Shown here: positions 1 to 9,152 of the stretch, one piece after another
Numbering within the stretch: position 1 is the stretch's first letter
Layout: every line of letters begins with the position of its first letter
DNA from: an uncultured bacterium
GTDB taxonomy: Bacteria > Zixibacteria > MSB-5A5 > GN15 > FEB-12
Assembly (NCBI GenBank): GCA_965372795.1
Contig: CBDVDR010000002.1
Location: forward strand, 224,001 to 288,000
Length of the DNA: 64,000 nt
Direction: 5' to 3'
Notes under the pieces: generated by a model
Told to the model about the DNA's origin: nothing
The model's input: the letters and a program-made list of their open reading frames with translations, nothing else
Database searches by the model: none
Translations under genes and position numbers: made by a program

Positions 1-552
1 TTAAATGTCCTTTTCAATATGTTCGGGTTGTTTTTTTTCTAAATTTATTTCACTATTATTATTTTTAAAATATTCTTCAAATGAAGGCTGGGCGCTTAAA
101 TCAACTTTCGATTCGATTGTTTTTACTCTTTGAAGAATATCGCCGTTAAGTATATCAGTTAAGGAAGTTTCAGTCAGGTAATCACCGATATAACCGGCCA
201 GACCACTTAAAACATATTTCACGGTGCAGTCCTTGTCGTGAACACAGGTATCTAACTGTCCGGAAAATTTTTCGCAATGATCAGAATCTATTAGTGGACC
301 GCCCAGAGCAGTAATGACTTCCAATAAGTTAATCTGTTCCGGTTCTCTTGTAATACAAAAACCACCGCCTCTGCCACGAACGGCATTAACTAATTTTGCC
401 TTTCGTAAAATAGCTAATAATTTAGAGGCATAAGGGACAGACAGTCCTTCTTTTTTGGCAATATCAGATATTGACATTTGCCCCGTAGTGCCGACTTTGG
501 CAAGGGTTAACAAACATCTTAATCCATATTCTTCTAAGGCCGAAATTCTCAT
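1..552 (-). CDS. Rrf2-family (IscR/SufR-like) transcriptional regulator
   Basis: EYGLR N-terminus, wHTH with VRGRGGGF wing, three Cys (HC..TC..DC) as candidate Fe-S ligands; stop TAA at 1-3. Confidence 0.9.
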   Translation of the reverse strand: MRISALEEYGLRCLLTLAKVGTTGQMSISDIAKKEGLSVPYASKLLAILRKAKLVNAVRGRGGGFCITREPEQINLLEVITALGGPLIDSDHCEKFSGQLDTCVHDKDCTVKYVLSGLAGYIGDYLTETSLTDILNGDILQRVKTIESKVDLSAQPSFEEYFKNNNSEINLEKKQPEHIEKDI

Positions 553-584
553 AGTTTAAACCAGTCCATTTTAAAATTCATACC

Positions 585-614
585 AGAATAGTTAATCTTT
601 ACAAAAATGTAAAG
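585..614 (-). promoter_or_regulatory. sigma70-like promoter of rrf2 (TTTACA-17-TATTCT) overlapped by inverted repeat CTTTACA-N4-TGTAAAG (597-614)
   Basis: Read directly; 17-bp spacer, about 30 bp upstream of the ATG at 552. Confidence 0.5.
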
Positions 615-757
615 TATTATCTTTTAAAACTTTAAAATTAATTATTTGTTCCCAAATTGGAGATTTTATGGTACTTTCAAGATTAATAAAATACCTTTAT
701 TCTATTTGAGAAAATAGAGAGTATAAGCATAAGGGTCAGAGTGACAGCAACATAAGG

Positions 758-1324
758 TTGCGATTGGGAGATGAGATCGACTTAACAAATATTATAGCAT
801 TGGCTTTTGCCCTCGCTTTTGATGCTTTTGGAGTAGCAATAGCGGTTGGCATTCAACTTGGAAATTTGGATCGCTGGACAATATTTAGATTATCTTTTCA
901 TTTTGGTTTTTCTCAGTTTGGGATGCCGATTATCGGTTTTTATGCCGGTAGTACTGTTTTGGGCTTTTTAGGTCAATATGGCAATTGGGCGGCAGCCTTG
1001 ATATTGTTCATAATCGGGGTGCATTTAATCTGGGAACAGTTTAATCCCGAAGAAAGAAAATGGAAAGGTGATCCGACTCGTGGGGGATCATTATTATTTT
1101 TGATGTTTGCAACCTCAATTGATGCTCTTGCAGCCGGATTTTCACTTGCTTTGGTAGGCATTCAAATTTTGTATCCGACCTTGATAATCGGAGTTGTAGC
1201 TGCGGTTATGACAATATTGGGACTGATTTTTGGTAACAAAATGGGGTTAAAATTCAGTAAAATCGCCGGAATTATCGGCGGAGTTATTTTGATATTGATT
1301 TCATTTAAATCAGTTATCTTTTAA
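758..1324 (+). CDS. mntP: Manganese efflux pump MntP
   Basis: Two DUF204-type repeats (LAFDAFGVAI, ATSIDALAAG), six hydrophobic segments; start uncertain (TTG 758 or ATC 776). Confidence 0.85.
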   Translation: MRLGDEIDLTNIIALAFALAFDAFGVAIAVGIQLGNLDRWTIFRLSFHFGFSQFGMPIIGFYAGSTVLGFLGQYGNWAAALILFIIGVHLIWEQFNPEERKWKGDPTRGGSLLFLMFATSIDALAAGFSLALVGIQILYPTLIIGVVAAVMTILGLIFGNKMGLKFSKIAGIIGGVILILISFKSVIF

Positions 1325-1743
1325 AAATAAGTTGAGGTTATTTTTACAGGTTCCAGATCTGGATCAGAGGCGTGTAATAACCAATTGACTCCAATACGTT
1401 CCCAATCAGATTCGGTTGAGGCATCAATATAACGCTCCCATTCATAAATGCCTGATTGCTTTGCGATTTCTTGAAATTGGCGTTTAACGATAGGACTATT
1501 TAGTATGACAACCGAGCGAACCATGCCCCGCTCTTTATAAAGCCGTTGACCTTCATCAAATTTGTTTCTTGTCATGATTGAAATTGGTTTTATATTTCTC
1601 ATATCGACTAAGACAAAAAAGTCTTCAGAAGTATCCGGGAGAGTTAATTTTGACTCATTCAGCCACTCATTCATCTGGTCAATATTCACAACATCTTCAA
1701 ATATCAATTTGAAACCAAACTCTGTTTTTTCAATTTTTGTCAT
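1321..1743 (-). CDS. Hypothetical protein, STAS/SpoIIAA-like fold
   Basis: Alternating beta/alpha pattern with FVLVDMR strand; GGAGG RBS upstream. Confidence 0.5.
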   Translation of the reverse strand: MTKIEKTEFGFKLIFEDVVNIDQMNEWLNESKLTLPDTSEDFFVLVDMRNIKPISIMTRNKFDEGQRLYKERGMVRSVVILNSPIVKRQFQEIAKQSGIYEWERYIDASTESDWERIGVNWLLHASDPDLEPVKITSTYF

Positions 1744-1770
1744 AATTCGTTAATTAGTCCTCCATTATTT

Positions 1771-1797
1771 ATATCGGACAGTATGGTCTGGACTTTA
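1771..1797 (-). promoter_or_regulatory. sigma28 (FliA/SigD)-type promoter
   Basis: Minus strand TAAA-gtccagaccatactg(15)-TCCGATAT versus consensus TAAA-N15-GCCGATAA, just upstream of the RBS of 1321..1743. Confidence 0.6.
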
Positions 1798-1889
1798 ACC
1801 GGTTAATTGTTAACTATTTATAAGACAGATGCAGTCACAATGTAAATGGTTTTTTTGTGTGCAAAACCAGGTTAAAATGTAAAAATGAG

Positions 1890-1935
1890 TTGCCAGCGGA
1901 GAGGGGATAGGTTATTATTGTGAAATTATTCACAG
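1890..1935 (+). promoter_or_regulatory. sigma70 promoter (TTGCCA-17-TATTAT) followed by Rex-like operator TTGTGAA-ATTA-TTCACAG (1918-1935)
   Basis: 13/14 match to the Rex consensus TTGTGAA-N4-TTCACAA, overlapping the last base of the -10; upstream of a fermentation operon. Confidence 0.7.
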
Positions 1936-1985
1936 GAATTTGTGAAGTAAGAATTTATATATTTAAAAATAAGAGAGATTTTTTT

Positions 1986-3767
1986 ATGAAGGAATTATTA
2001 TCAGGAAATGAGGCAATCGCCCGAGGTGCCTTTGAGGCAGGGGTCAAACTTGCGGTTGCTTACCCGGGAACACCCTCGACAGAAATTTTAGAAACATTGG
2101 CGGCCAAATTCCCATCAATTTATTCTCAATGGTCTCCCAATGAAAAGGTTGCTTACGAAGTAGGAATCGGGGCGTCAGTCGGCGGTGCAAGAACCTTAGT
2201 AGCCATGAAACATGTGGGGCTGAACGTTGCCGCTGATCCGTTTATGACTCAGGCATATACCGGAGTTAATGGCGGATTTGTAATTGTAAATTGTGATGAT
2301 CCGGAAATGCATTCATCTCAAAATGAACAGGATAACAGATATTTCGCGAGATTTGCTCAGATTCCGGTATTGGAACCATCTGACAGCCAGGAAGCTAAAG
2401 AGATGATGATCAAGGCGTATGAAATTTCTGAAGAATTTGATGTGGCGGTAATGCTTCGTTTAACGACCAGAATATCTCACTCCAAAGGCATCGTGGAAAT
2501 TGGAGATCAAATTTCCTATACCGAGAGAAAATTTGCAAAGGACCCTTCGAAATATGTCATGATTCCGTCCAATGCCCGGAAAAGGCATGTGATTGTTAAT
2601 GAACGGGTAAAAAGACTTGAAGAGTATTGTGAGAATTCACCGTTTAATTTTGTTGAAAAAAACGGTTCGAAACTTGGAATAATTTCATCCGGAGTCGCCT
2701 ATCAATATGCCAAAGAGGTTGCCCCTGATTTTGATTATTTTAAAATCGGAATCGGGTATCCACTGCCTTTGAAAAAAATAAAAGAATTTATTGAGAGTCA
2801 TGATCAGGTTGTCGTGATAGAAGAGCTTGAACCTTTTTATGAAGATCAACTGAACGCCGCCGGCATGAATATTGAAGGTAAAAAATATTTTGGGAATCTG
2901 GGCGAAATGTCGCCGCATCGGGTTGCTGAAGGATTAAAAGAAGCCGGATTTATTAACGATGTTGCTCTGGCTGAGATTGCTCCTGAAAAAGATATGTTCC
3001 CCAGACCGCCGGTACTTTGTCCGGGATGTCCGCATCGCGGAGCCTTTATGGCTTTGAAAAAACTCGGAGTAACAGTTACCGGTGATATCGGCTGTTATAC
3101 ACTTGGTGTTTTAGAACCTTTGAATGCAATGGACACCTGCATTTGTATGGGAGCTTCAATCGGTACTGCTATTGGAATGGAAAAAGTACAGGGATCAGAA
3201 AAAGGAACCGTGGCGGTTATCGGTGATTCAACCTTTTTGCATTCGGGTATAACCGGACTTTTAGATGCCGTCTATAATAAAAGTAATGTTACGGTTATAA
3301 TTCTTGATAACAGTGCCACGGCAATGACCGGCGGACAAGAGCATCCGGCAACCGGATTTACATTGATGGGCGAAGAAGCCGGAAAAGTTGATCTCAAAGC
3401 GATCTGTCGAGCCGTTGGCGTAAAACGGATTGTTGATCTTGACCCTTATGATAATGCTGCAACGATGAAAGCTATCAAAGAAGAGATGGCAGCCAAGGAA
3501 ACTTCGGTAATTATCACTTCCCGTCCCTGTGTTCTGATGCCAAAGCGTATAATGGAAGAACCTTACGCAGTTGATATGGAACTTTGCAACGGTTGTTCGG
3601 CTTGTTTCAGAATATCCTGTCCGGCGATTTCAGCAGCTGCTGAACTTAACGAACATGGCAAACCAAAAGCTATTATTGATGAAACAGTTTGTACCGGTTG
3701 TACACTTTGTGCCCAGGTTTGTCCCACTGAAGCAATTCTACTTAAAAGCCAGTTTGTGAAAGGTTAA
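1986..3767 (+). CDS. iorA: Indolepyruvate:ferredoxin oxidoreductase alpha subunit
   Basis: LLSGNEAIARG, YPGTPSTEI, CPGCPH, GDIGC, TPP motif GDSTF, C-terminal 2x[4Fe-4S]; start moved to ATG 1986. Confidence 0.95.
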   Translation: MKELLSGNEAIARGAFEAGVKLAVAYPGTPSTEILETLAAKFPSIYSQWSPNEKVAYEVGIGASVGGARTLVAMKHVGLNVAADPFMTQAYTGVNGGFVIVNCDDPEMHSSQNEQDNRYFARFAQIPVLEPSDSQEAKEMMIKAYEISEEFDVAVMLRLTTRISHSKGIVEIGDQISYTERKFAKDPSKYVMIPSNARKRHVIVNERVKRLEEYCENSPFNFVEKNGSKLGIISSGVAYQYAKEVAPDFDYFKIGIGYPLPLKKIKEFIESHDQVVVIEELEPFYEDQLNAAGMNIEGKKYFGNLGEMSPHRVAEGLKEAGFINDVALAEIAPEKDMFPRPPVLCPGCPHRGAFMALKKLGVTVTGDIGCYTLGVLEPLNAMDTCICMGASIGTAIGMEKVQGSEKGTVAVIGDSTFLHSGITGLLDAVYNKSNVTVIILDNSATAMTGGQEHPATGFTLMGEEAGKVDLKAICRAVGVKRIVDLDPYDNAATMKAIKEEMAAKETSVIITSRPCVLMPKRIMEEPYAVDMELCNGCSACFRISCPAISAAAELNEHGKPKAIIDETVCTGCTLCAQVCPTEAILLKSQFVKG

Positions 3768-3776
3768 GGTAAAACA

Positions 3777-4379
3777 ATGAGTAAAAATAATTATAATATA
3801 TTGATTGTCGGTGTTGGCGGTCAGGGCGTTTTGCTGGCATCGGAGATTCTTTCTGAAGTTTCAATGAGGCATGGATTTGATGTAAAAAAATCTGAAGTCC
3901 ATGGCATGTCCCAACGCGGTGGCGTAGTATCCTCGCATGTTAAGATCGCATCCAAAGTTTATTCTCCGACTATTCAACATGGGCAGGCAGATATTCTGAT
4001 GTCGTTTGAACAGGCGGAAGGTTTGCGGGCTTTGGACTGGATGAAAAAAGACGGGTTGGCTGCAATTTCAACGACAACACTTATTCCGGCGATTGTGACC
4101 TCTTCAAAAAATTTAACCTACCCTGAAAATGCCATTGAGCTAATGAAAAAAAAATGCAACAATGTTGTTTCGGTTGAAGGTGATAAAATTGCCGGTGAAT
4201 TAGGCAATCCTCGTCTGGTAAATACAATTTTAATCGGGGTTATTTCGAACCACCTGCCGTTCCCACTGGAATTATGGGAAGAAGTGATTAAATCAAAAGT
4301 AAAAGCAAGATTTGTAGATATAAACCTGAAGGCTTTTGCCAGAGGCAGAGCAATCAAAATTGAAACAGTAACAGCTTAG
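3777..4379 (+). CDS. iorB: Indolepyruvate:ferredoxin oxidoreductase beta subunit
   Basis: GVGGQG, SEVHGMSQRGG; follows iorA. Confidence 0.95.
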   Translation: MSKNNYNILIVGVGGQGVLLASEILSEVSMRHGFDVKKSEVHGMSQRGGVVSSHVKIASKVYSPTIQHGQADILMSFEQAEGLRALDWMKKDGLAAISTTTLIPAIVTSSKNLTYPENAIELMKKKCNNVVSVEGDKIAGELGNPRLVNTILIGVISNHLPFPLELWEEVIKSKVKARFVDINLKAFARGRAIKIETVTA

Positions 4380-4386
4380 GTGCATT

Positions 4387-5454
4387 ATGGCGGACTATTT
4401 ATTAATAATAAATCCCGGTTCGACTTCGACCAAAGCAGCCCTGTTTGATGGCCAGAAAAAAATAGCTGAAGAATCTATTCGCCACGACCATACTGAATTA
4501 GGCAAGTTTGATAATGTTGCCGACCAGTTTGATTTTCGAATGGAAGCAATCAACAAATGGATCGAGTCACTTGATTTTGATTCAGCTCAGTTGAAAGCAG
4601 TCGTTGGCCGAGGGGCGCCGCTTAAACCGCTTGAAGGCGGTTCTTATTCGATCAGCGCTCAATTGCTTGATGATTTGAAAACAATGAAATATTCAAATCA
4701 TGCTTCTAATTTAGGATCAATTATTGCAAACCATCTTGGTGGAAAATATGATGTGCCGGCTTTGATTTCTGACCCGATTACCGTTGATAATTTTACCGAA
4801 GTTGCCCGAATCAGCGGAGTGCCGGAAATTCCCCGTAAATGCCGGGTTCATGCGCTGAATATAAAAGAAGTTTGTCGGCGGGAAGCATCCAGGATCAACA
4901 AGAAGCTTGATGAAGTAAATTATGTCGCGGTACACATGGGCGGTGGAATTTCTATCGCAGCCTTGAAGGGTGGACGGGTTGTTGATGTCAACGATGCTTT
5001 GTTAGGGATGGGTCCATTCTCACCGGATAGAGCCGGAGCGGTTCCGATCGGCGGATTGGTGGAACTTTGTTACAGCGGGAAATATTCTGAAAAAGAATTG
5101 ATAGCAAAACTTTCAAAACAATCAGGATTAGTTGCCTATATTGGTAAAGCTGATTTGATTGAGGTTGAAAAGATGATAGATGCCGGCGATGAAAAAGCAT
5201 TGCTTCATTTTAACGCTATGGCATATCAGATCGCTAAAGAAATCGGAGCCATGGCAACCGTTCTTAAGGGAAATTTTGAAGCGATTGTTTTAACCGGCGG
5301 AATGGCGAACTCAAAGCGTCTGACGGATGAAATTAAAAAATATGTTTCATGTCATGGGGATGTAATTGTTGTTCCCGGTGAATTTGAAATGGAAGCATTA
5401 GCTGCGGCGGGATGCAGATTTTTAAATGATGAAGAAAAATTAAAGGAATATTAA
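4387..5454 (+). CDS. buk: Butyrate (branched-chain carboxylate) kinase
   Basis: INPGSTSTK, HASNLG, HMGGGIS, GPFSPDRAG, LTGGMA. Confidence 0.95.
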   Translation: MADYLLIINPGSTSTKAALFDGQKKIAEESIRHDHTELGKFDNVADQFDFRMEAINKWIESLDFDSAQLKAVVGRGAPLKPLEGGSYSISAQLLDDLKTMKYSNHASNLGSIIANHLGGKYDVPALISDPITVDNFTEVARISGVPEIPRKCRVHALNIKEVCRREASRINKKLDEVNYVAVHMGGGISIAALKGGRVVDVNDALLGMGPFSPDRAGAVPIGGLVELCYSGKYSEKELIAKLSKQSGLVAYIGKADLIEVEKMIDAGDEKALLHFNAMAYQIAKEIGAMATVLKGNFEAIVLTGGMANSKRLTDEIKKYVSCHGDVIVVPGEFEMEALAAAGCRFLNDEEKLKEY

Positions 5455-5459
5455 ACAAT

Positions 5460-6410
5460 ATGACTTTGAAACCTATTACATCTTCTGATATGCTGATTGA
5501 ACAGGCAATTGCGGTTGCTAATGACGGTCGTAAAAAAACGGTCGTTGTTGCCGGTGCTGAGGATATTGATGTTGTTGATGCTTTGGTTCAATCGGAGTCG
5601 CTCGGTTTCCTTGATGGGATTTTAGTTGGTGACGCTAAAAAAATAGCGAGTCTTGCCAAAGAAAAAAATCTTGATCTGAGCCGAATGGAAATTATTGACG
5701 AAGTTGATGTCAATAAAGCCGCCCATAAAGCAATCTCGCTTGCCGCTGAAAAAAAAGCAGATGCGGTGATGAAAGGTTTTTTACCAACCTCGGCATTGTT
5801 AAAAGTTGTGCTCGATAAACAGTATGATCTAAGAGGGAAGAAGTCACTTTCACATTGTGCGGTATTGGATCTTCCCGGTTATCATAAATTGTTGAATCTG
5901 ACCGATGGCGGGATGATAGTTAAGCCCAATCAGGAACAAAAATATGAAATTCTTGAAAACGCTGTTTTGGTTTGCAAGGCGCTGAATCTTGAGCCGGTAA
6001 AAATAGCTTTGTCGGGAGCAACCAATAAAGTTACTGATAAAATTCCACATACAAAAACAGATGCTGAGTTTGTTATTCCAAAAGCAAAAGAAAATTTTCC
6101 TGATGTATTGGTCGAGGGTCCGCTTCCGTTTGATATGGCAACTTCAAAACAAGCCGCCGATCATCGGGCATTAGCTGATGGGGTGAGCGGGGATGCTGAT
6201 GTTTATCTGGTAGATTCAATTGAAGAATGCAATCTGATTGCAAAATCATTGATTCAATTTGCACAGGCTGTGTTTGCCGGAGTGATAGTTGGCGCAAAAG
6301 TGCCGGTTTCATTGGTTTCAAGAACCGATACTGCGAAAAATAAAAAAGCGTCACTGGCAATTGCCTGTTTGATGGCTGACTATTATGACCGCAACAAGGT
6401 GTGGGGATAA
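5460..6410 (+). CDS. ptb: Phosphate butyryltransferase family protein, paralogue 1
   Basis: MKG..TSALLK, TDGGM, GPLPFD, LVSRTD. Confidence 0.85.
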   Translation: MTLKPITSSDMLIEQAIAVANDGRKKTVVVAGAEDIDVVDALVQSESLGFLDGILVGDAKKIASLAKEKNLDLSRMEIIDEVDVNKAAHKAISLAAEKKADAVMKGFLPTSALLKVVLDKQYDLRGKKSLSHCAVLDLPGYHKLLNLTDGGMIVKPNQEQKYEILENAVLVCKALNLEPVKIALSGATNKVTDKIPHTKTDAEFVIPKAKENFPDVLVEGPLPFDMATSKQAADHRALADGVSGDADVYLVDSIEECNLIAKSLIQFAQAVFAGVIVGAKVPVSLVSRTDTAKNKKASLAIACLMADYYDRNKVWG

Positions 6411-6413
6411 GCT

Positions 6414-7352
6414 ATGAATAAAGATACCATTACAATTCCAGCGGTTCATTCATTCAAGCAGATCCGTGAAAGAGCGGTTGAAAAAGCTAAAGCAAAAAAA
6501 ACTCGGACAGTCTTAGTCGCTCCTCATGAGTCGGCGATGGTGTCATCTTTTGTGAAAGCGGCTAATGAAAATTTGATTGACCCGATAATTATCGGGGATG
6601 AAAACCTTTTTCGCAAAGAAGCCAAGAAAAATTCGATTGATTGTGCTGATTATAAATTTATCGATTTAAATGAACCGGATAAAGCGGTACAAGTTGCCGG
6701 GAAAATGGCAGTCGCCGGCGAGGTTGATCTGATCGTCAAAGGACGGATGTCAGCCGAAGAATTTCTCAAACATCTGTTTGAAAAACAGATCGGGTTTGTG
6801 AAAAGAGGAAAGACAGTTTCCCATATAGGACTATTCCAGCCGAAGCGTTATAAAAAATTACTGATGATTACCGATGGGGCGGTGAATGTTAAAAATGATT
6901 TAAAAACGCTGATTGCTATTACCCAAAATTCGATAAATTTTGCAAAATGTATTGGGATTGATATGCCGCGAATTGCTGTATTGGCTGCGGTTGAGGTTGT
7001 CTATCCTCAAATGGATTCAACTCTCAAGGGAGCGGTGTTGTCAAAGATGGCAGAACGCAACCAGATTAAGAATGCTTATATTGACGGACCGTTATCTTTT
7101 GATTGCGCTATGGATATGGAAGCGGCAATTGGAAAAGGAATTAAAAATTCTGAAGTTGCCGGTCAAGCAGATGTTATGATTGCTCCGGATATTGATACCG
7201 GCAACGGGATTTACAAAGCGATGAGTTTATACGGCGATGTTGAAATGGGAGGAATAGTTATCGGAGGGTTAGTACCGGTGACTTTGTCAGCCTTTATTGA
7301 TAATGAGACGACCCGTTACAATTCGATTCTGATGGGCATTTTAGCCAGCTAA
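6414..7352 (+). CDS. Phosphate butyryltransferase family protein, paralogue 2 (lacks SR motif)
   Basis: TDGAVN, LAAVE, DGPLSFD, PDIDTGNGIYK; C-terminal TLSAFID in place of LTSRxD. Confidence 0.8.
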   Translation: MNKDTITIPAVHSFKQIRERAVEKAKAKKTRTVLVAPHESAMVSSFVKAANENLIDPIIIGDENLFRKEAKKNSIDCADYKFIDLNEPDKAVQVAGKMAVAGEVDLIVKGRMSAEEFLKHLFEKQIGFVKRGKTVSHIGLFQPKRYKKLLMITDGAVNVKNDLKTLIAITQNSINFAKCIGIDMPRIAVLAAVEVVYPQMDSTLKGAVLSKMAERNQIKNAYIDGPLSFDCAMDMEAAIGKGIKNSEVAGQADVMIAPDIDTGNGIYKAMSLYGDVEMGGIVIGGLVPVTLSAFIDNETTRYNSILMGILAS

Positions 7353-7411
7353 ACTAATGCCGGTTGGTGACTTGTGGAATATGCTGGGTGTCGTCCGGTT
7401 TCATTCTTTTG

Positions 7412-7440
7412 TTGACTATTTCAATTAACTCATGTATTAT
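7412..7440 (+). promoter_or_regulatory. sigma70 promoter TTGACT-17-TATTAT
   Basis: Near-consensus hexamers with 17-bp spacer, 34 bp upstream of manC. Confidence 0.6.
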
Positions 7441-7474
7441 CATCAGATTAGGTAAAAATTGAAAGGATATTGTT

Positions 7475-8554
7475 TTGAATTATGGTGTGATCTTAGCAGG
7501 TGGTAAAGGTGAGCGGTTTTGGCCCTTATCTCGATCTGAACGCCCGAAACAGTTTCTCAAATTGACATCTGATAAAATGATGCTTGAAGAAACAATAGAT
7601 CGTGTTCTGCCGTTGATTCCTCTTGAAAATATCAGAATCGTAACTAATGAATCAATGAACGGCTTTATTCTTGAGAGTATGCCTGATATGAATCAAAATC
7701 ATATTATTTCTGAACCGATTGGCAAAAACACCTGTATTGCCATCGCACTGGCAGCGGCTCATCTACAGAAAAGTGATCCCGAGGCTGTGATGGTTGTGCT
7801 GTCGGCGGATCATCTGATTAGGCCGGCTGAAAAATTGTTAAGTATACTTGATGTTGCAACTGATATTGCTGTCTCAGAAGAAAAGCTAATCACTATCGGG
7901 ATTGTTCCGACTCGACCGGAAACGGCTTATGGATATATCAAAATGGGCGAACTGTATCGGCAAGAGGGAGGCCATGTTGTTTTTCAGGTAGAAGCCTTTA
8001 CAGAAAAACCAAAAGCTGCAATTGCCAGCCAGTATTATTATAGTCGAAATTATCTTTGGAACAGCGGGATGTTTGTCTGGTCGACTAAGTCTATTTTGAA
8101 TGCGGTAAAAGCACATCAACCGGAAATGTATGAACTTTTAGAAAAGTACACTAAATATATTGGCACACCCGATGAAGCCGACGCCCGTAATAATTTATAT
8201 GAGAATGTTGCCGGAGTCTCAATTGACGTTGCCGTACTTGAACAGGCAGACAATGTTCTGGCAATAAAAGGCGATATCGTTTGGGATGATGTGGGTGGCT
8301 GGAGAGCCCTGGAACGATACAAAGATCGTGATATGGAGAACAATGTTGTTCTGGGTGAAGCAACTCTGCTTGATACTTTTGAAACGACTGTTTACAACGA
8401 TGCTGAGGGTCTTGTTGCCTGTCTTGGTGTTTCAGATCTTGTTGTTGTCAGGTCTGATAATATAACTATGGTAGTGCATAAGACCAGAGTTGATGATATT
8501 AAAAAACTATTAGCTGAACTTGGCAAAGATGAAAAATCTAAAAAATATCTTTAG
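7475..8554 (+). CDS. manC: Mannose-1-phosphate guanylyltransferase (no PMI domain)
   Basis: ILAGGKGERFWPLSR..PKQF, PETAYGYI, FTEKP, WNSGMF, WDDVG; TTG start after AAAGGA. Confidence 0.93.
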   Translation: MNYGVILAGGKGERFWPLSRSERPKQFLKLTSDKMMLEETIDRVLPLIPLENIRIVTNESMNGFILESMPDMNQNHIISEPIGKNTCIAIALAAAHLQKSDPEAVMVVLSADHLIRPAEKLLSILDVATDIAVSEEKLITIGIVPTRPETAYGYIKMGELYRQEGGHVVFQVEAFTEKPKAAIASQYYYSRNYLWNSGMFVWSTKSILNAVKAHQPEMYELLEKYTKYIGTPDEADARNNLYENVAGVSIDVAVLEQADNVLAIKGDIVWDDVGGWRALERYKDRDMENNVVLGEATLLDTFETTVYNDAEGLVACLGVSDLVVVRSDNITMVVHKTRVDDIKKLLAELGKDEKSKKYL

Positions 8555-9152
8555 TCTTTATATCCTTTTAGCTTTTCTACTGGCTGGGTGTGGAGGAAAA
8601 GCCGTTCAGGATAATATAATCTCTGAACAACCACAAGAGACCAATACTTCCGATAGGGGTTTTAATCCGCTTGAGCTTTCTGGAGATACTGAGATTATTC
8701 CGGTTAAATTTCCTGCTAAAGGGGAAATCAGAGGTGCGACCGAGATTATTACTCCCGATTCTCTAAATGCGGACTTGACCTTGTCGGTAATAAATGATGT
8801 TCCCAATAATTTTGATACTATGAACAGCCAGGCTTTCCGGGTTCAGATTTTTACAAGTAAACTTTATGGTGACTCCCGAAAGGCGGTTAAGGTTGCGGAA
8901 GAAATCTTTGACCGACCGGTTTTTGTCGATTATGAGGTTCCATATTACAAAGTCCGGGTCGGCAATTTTGCTACTCGGGATGAGGCTGAAGAATATCAAT
9001 TACGAACCAAAGCTGCCGGATACAGTACCGCCTGGGTAGTGATGGTAAATATTGCGGTCAAAGAGACGGCACCTTTATACGATGAAGATTATCCCGAAGA
9101 ATTCGATGAAAGTACAATTATCTACGAAGGAATCGGTCCTGATGAAGACTGA
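8529..9152 (+). CDS. SPOR-domain lipoprotein
   Basis: Lipobox LAGC; FRVQI...YKVRVGNF.TR.EA SPOR signature; start moved to ATG 8529. Confidence 0.85.
   Translation: MKNLKNIFSLYILLAFLLAGCGGKAVQDNIISEQPQETNTSDRGFNPLELSGDTEIIPVKFPAKGEIRGATEIITPDSLNADLTLSVINDVPNNFDTMNSQAFRVQIFTSKLYGDSRKAVKVAEEIFDRPVFVDYEVPYYKVRVGNFATRDEAEEYQLRTKAAGYSTAWVVMVNIAVKETAPLYDEDYPEEFDESTIIYEGIGPDED

Noticed and set aside
620..757. yybP-ykoY Mn riboswitch expected upstream of mntP
   Set aside because: I could not find the conserved core or a convincing four-way junction by eye; an Rfam/Infernal scan would settle it
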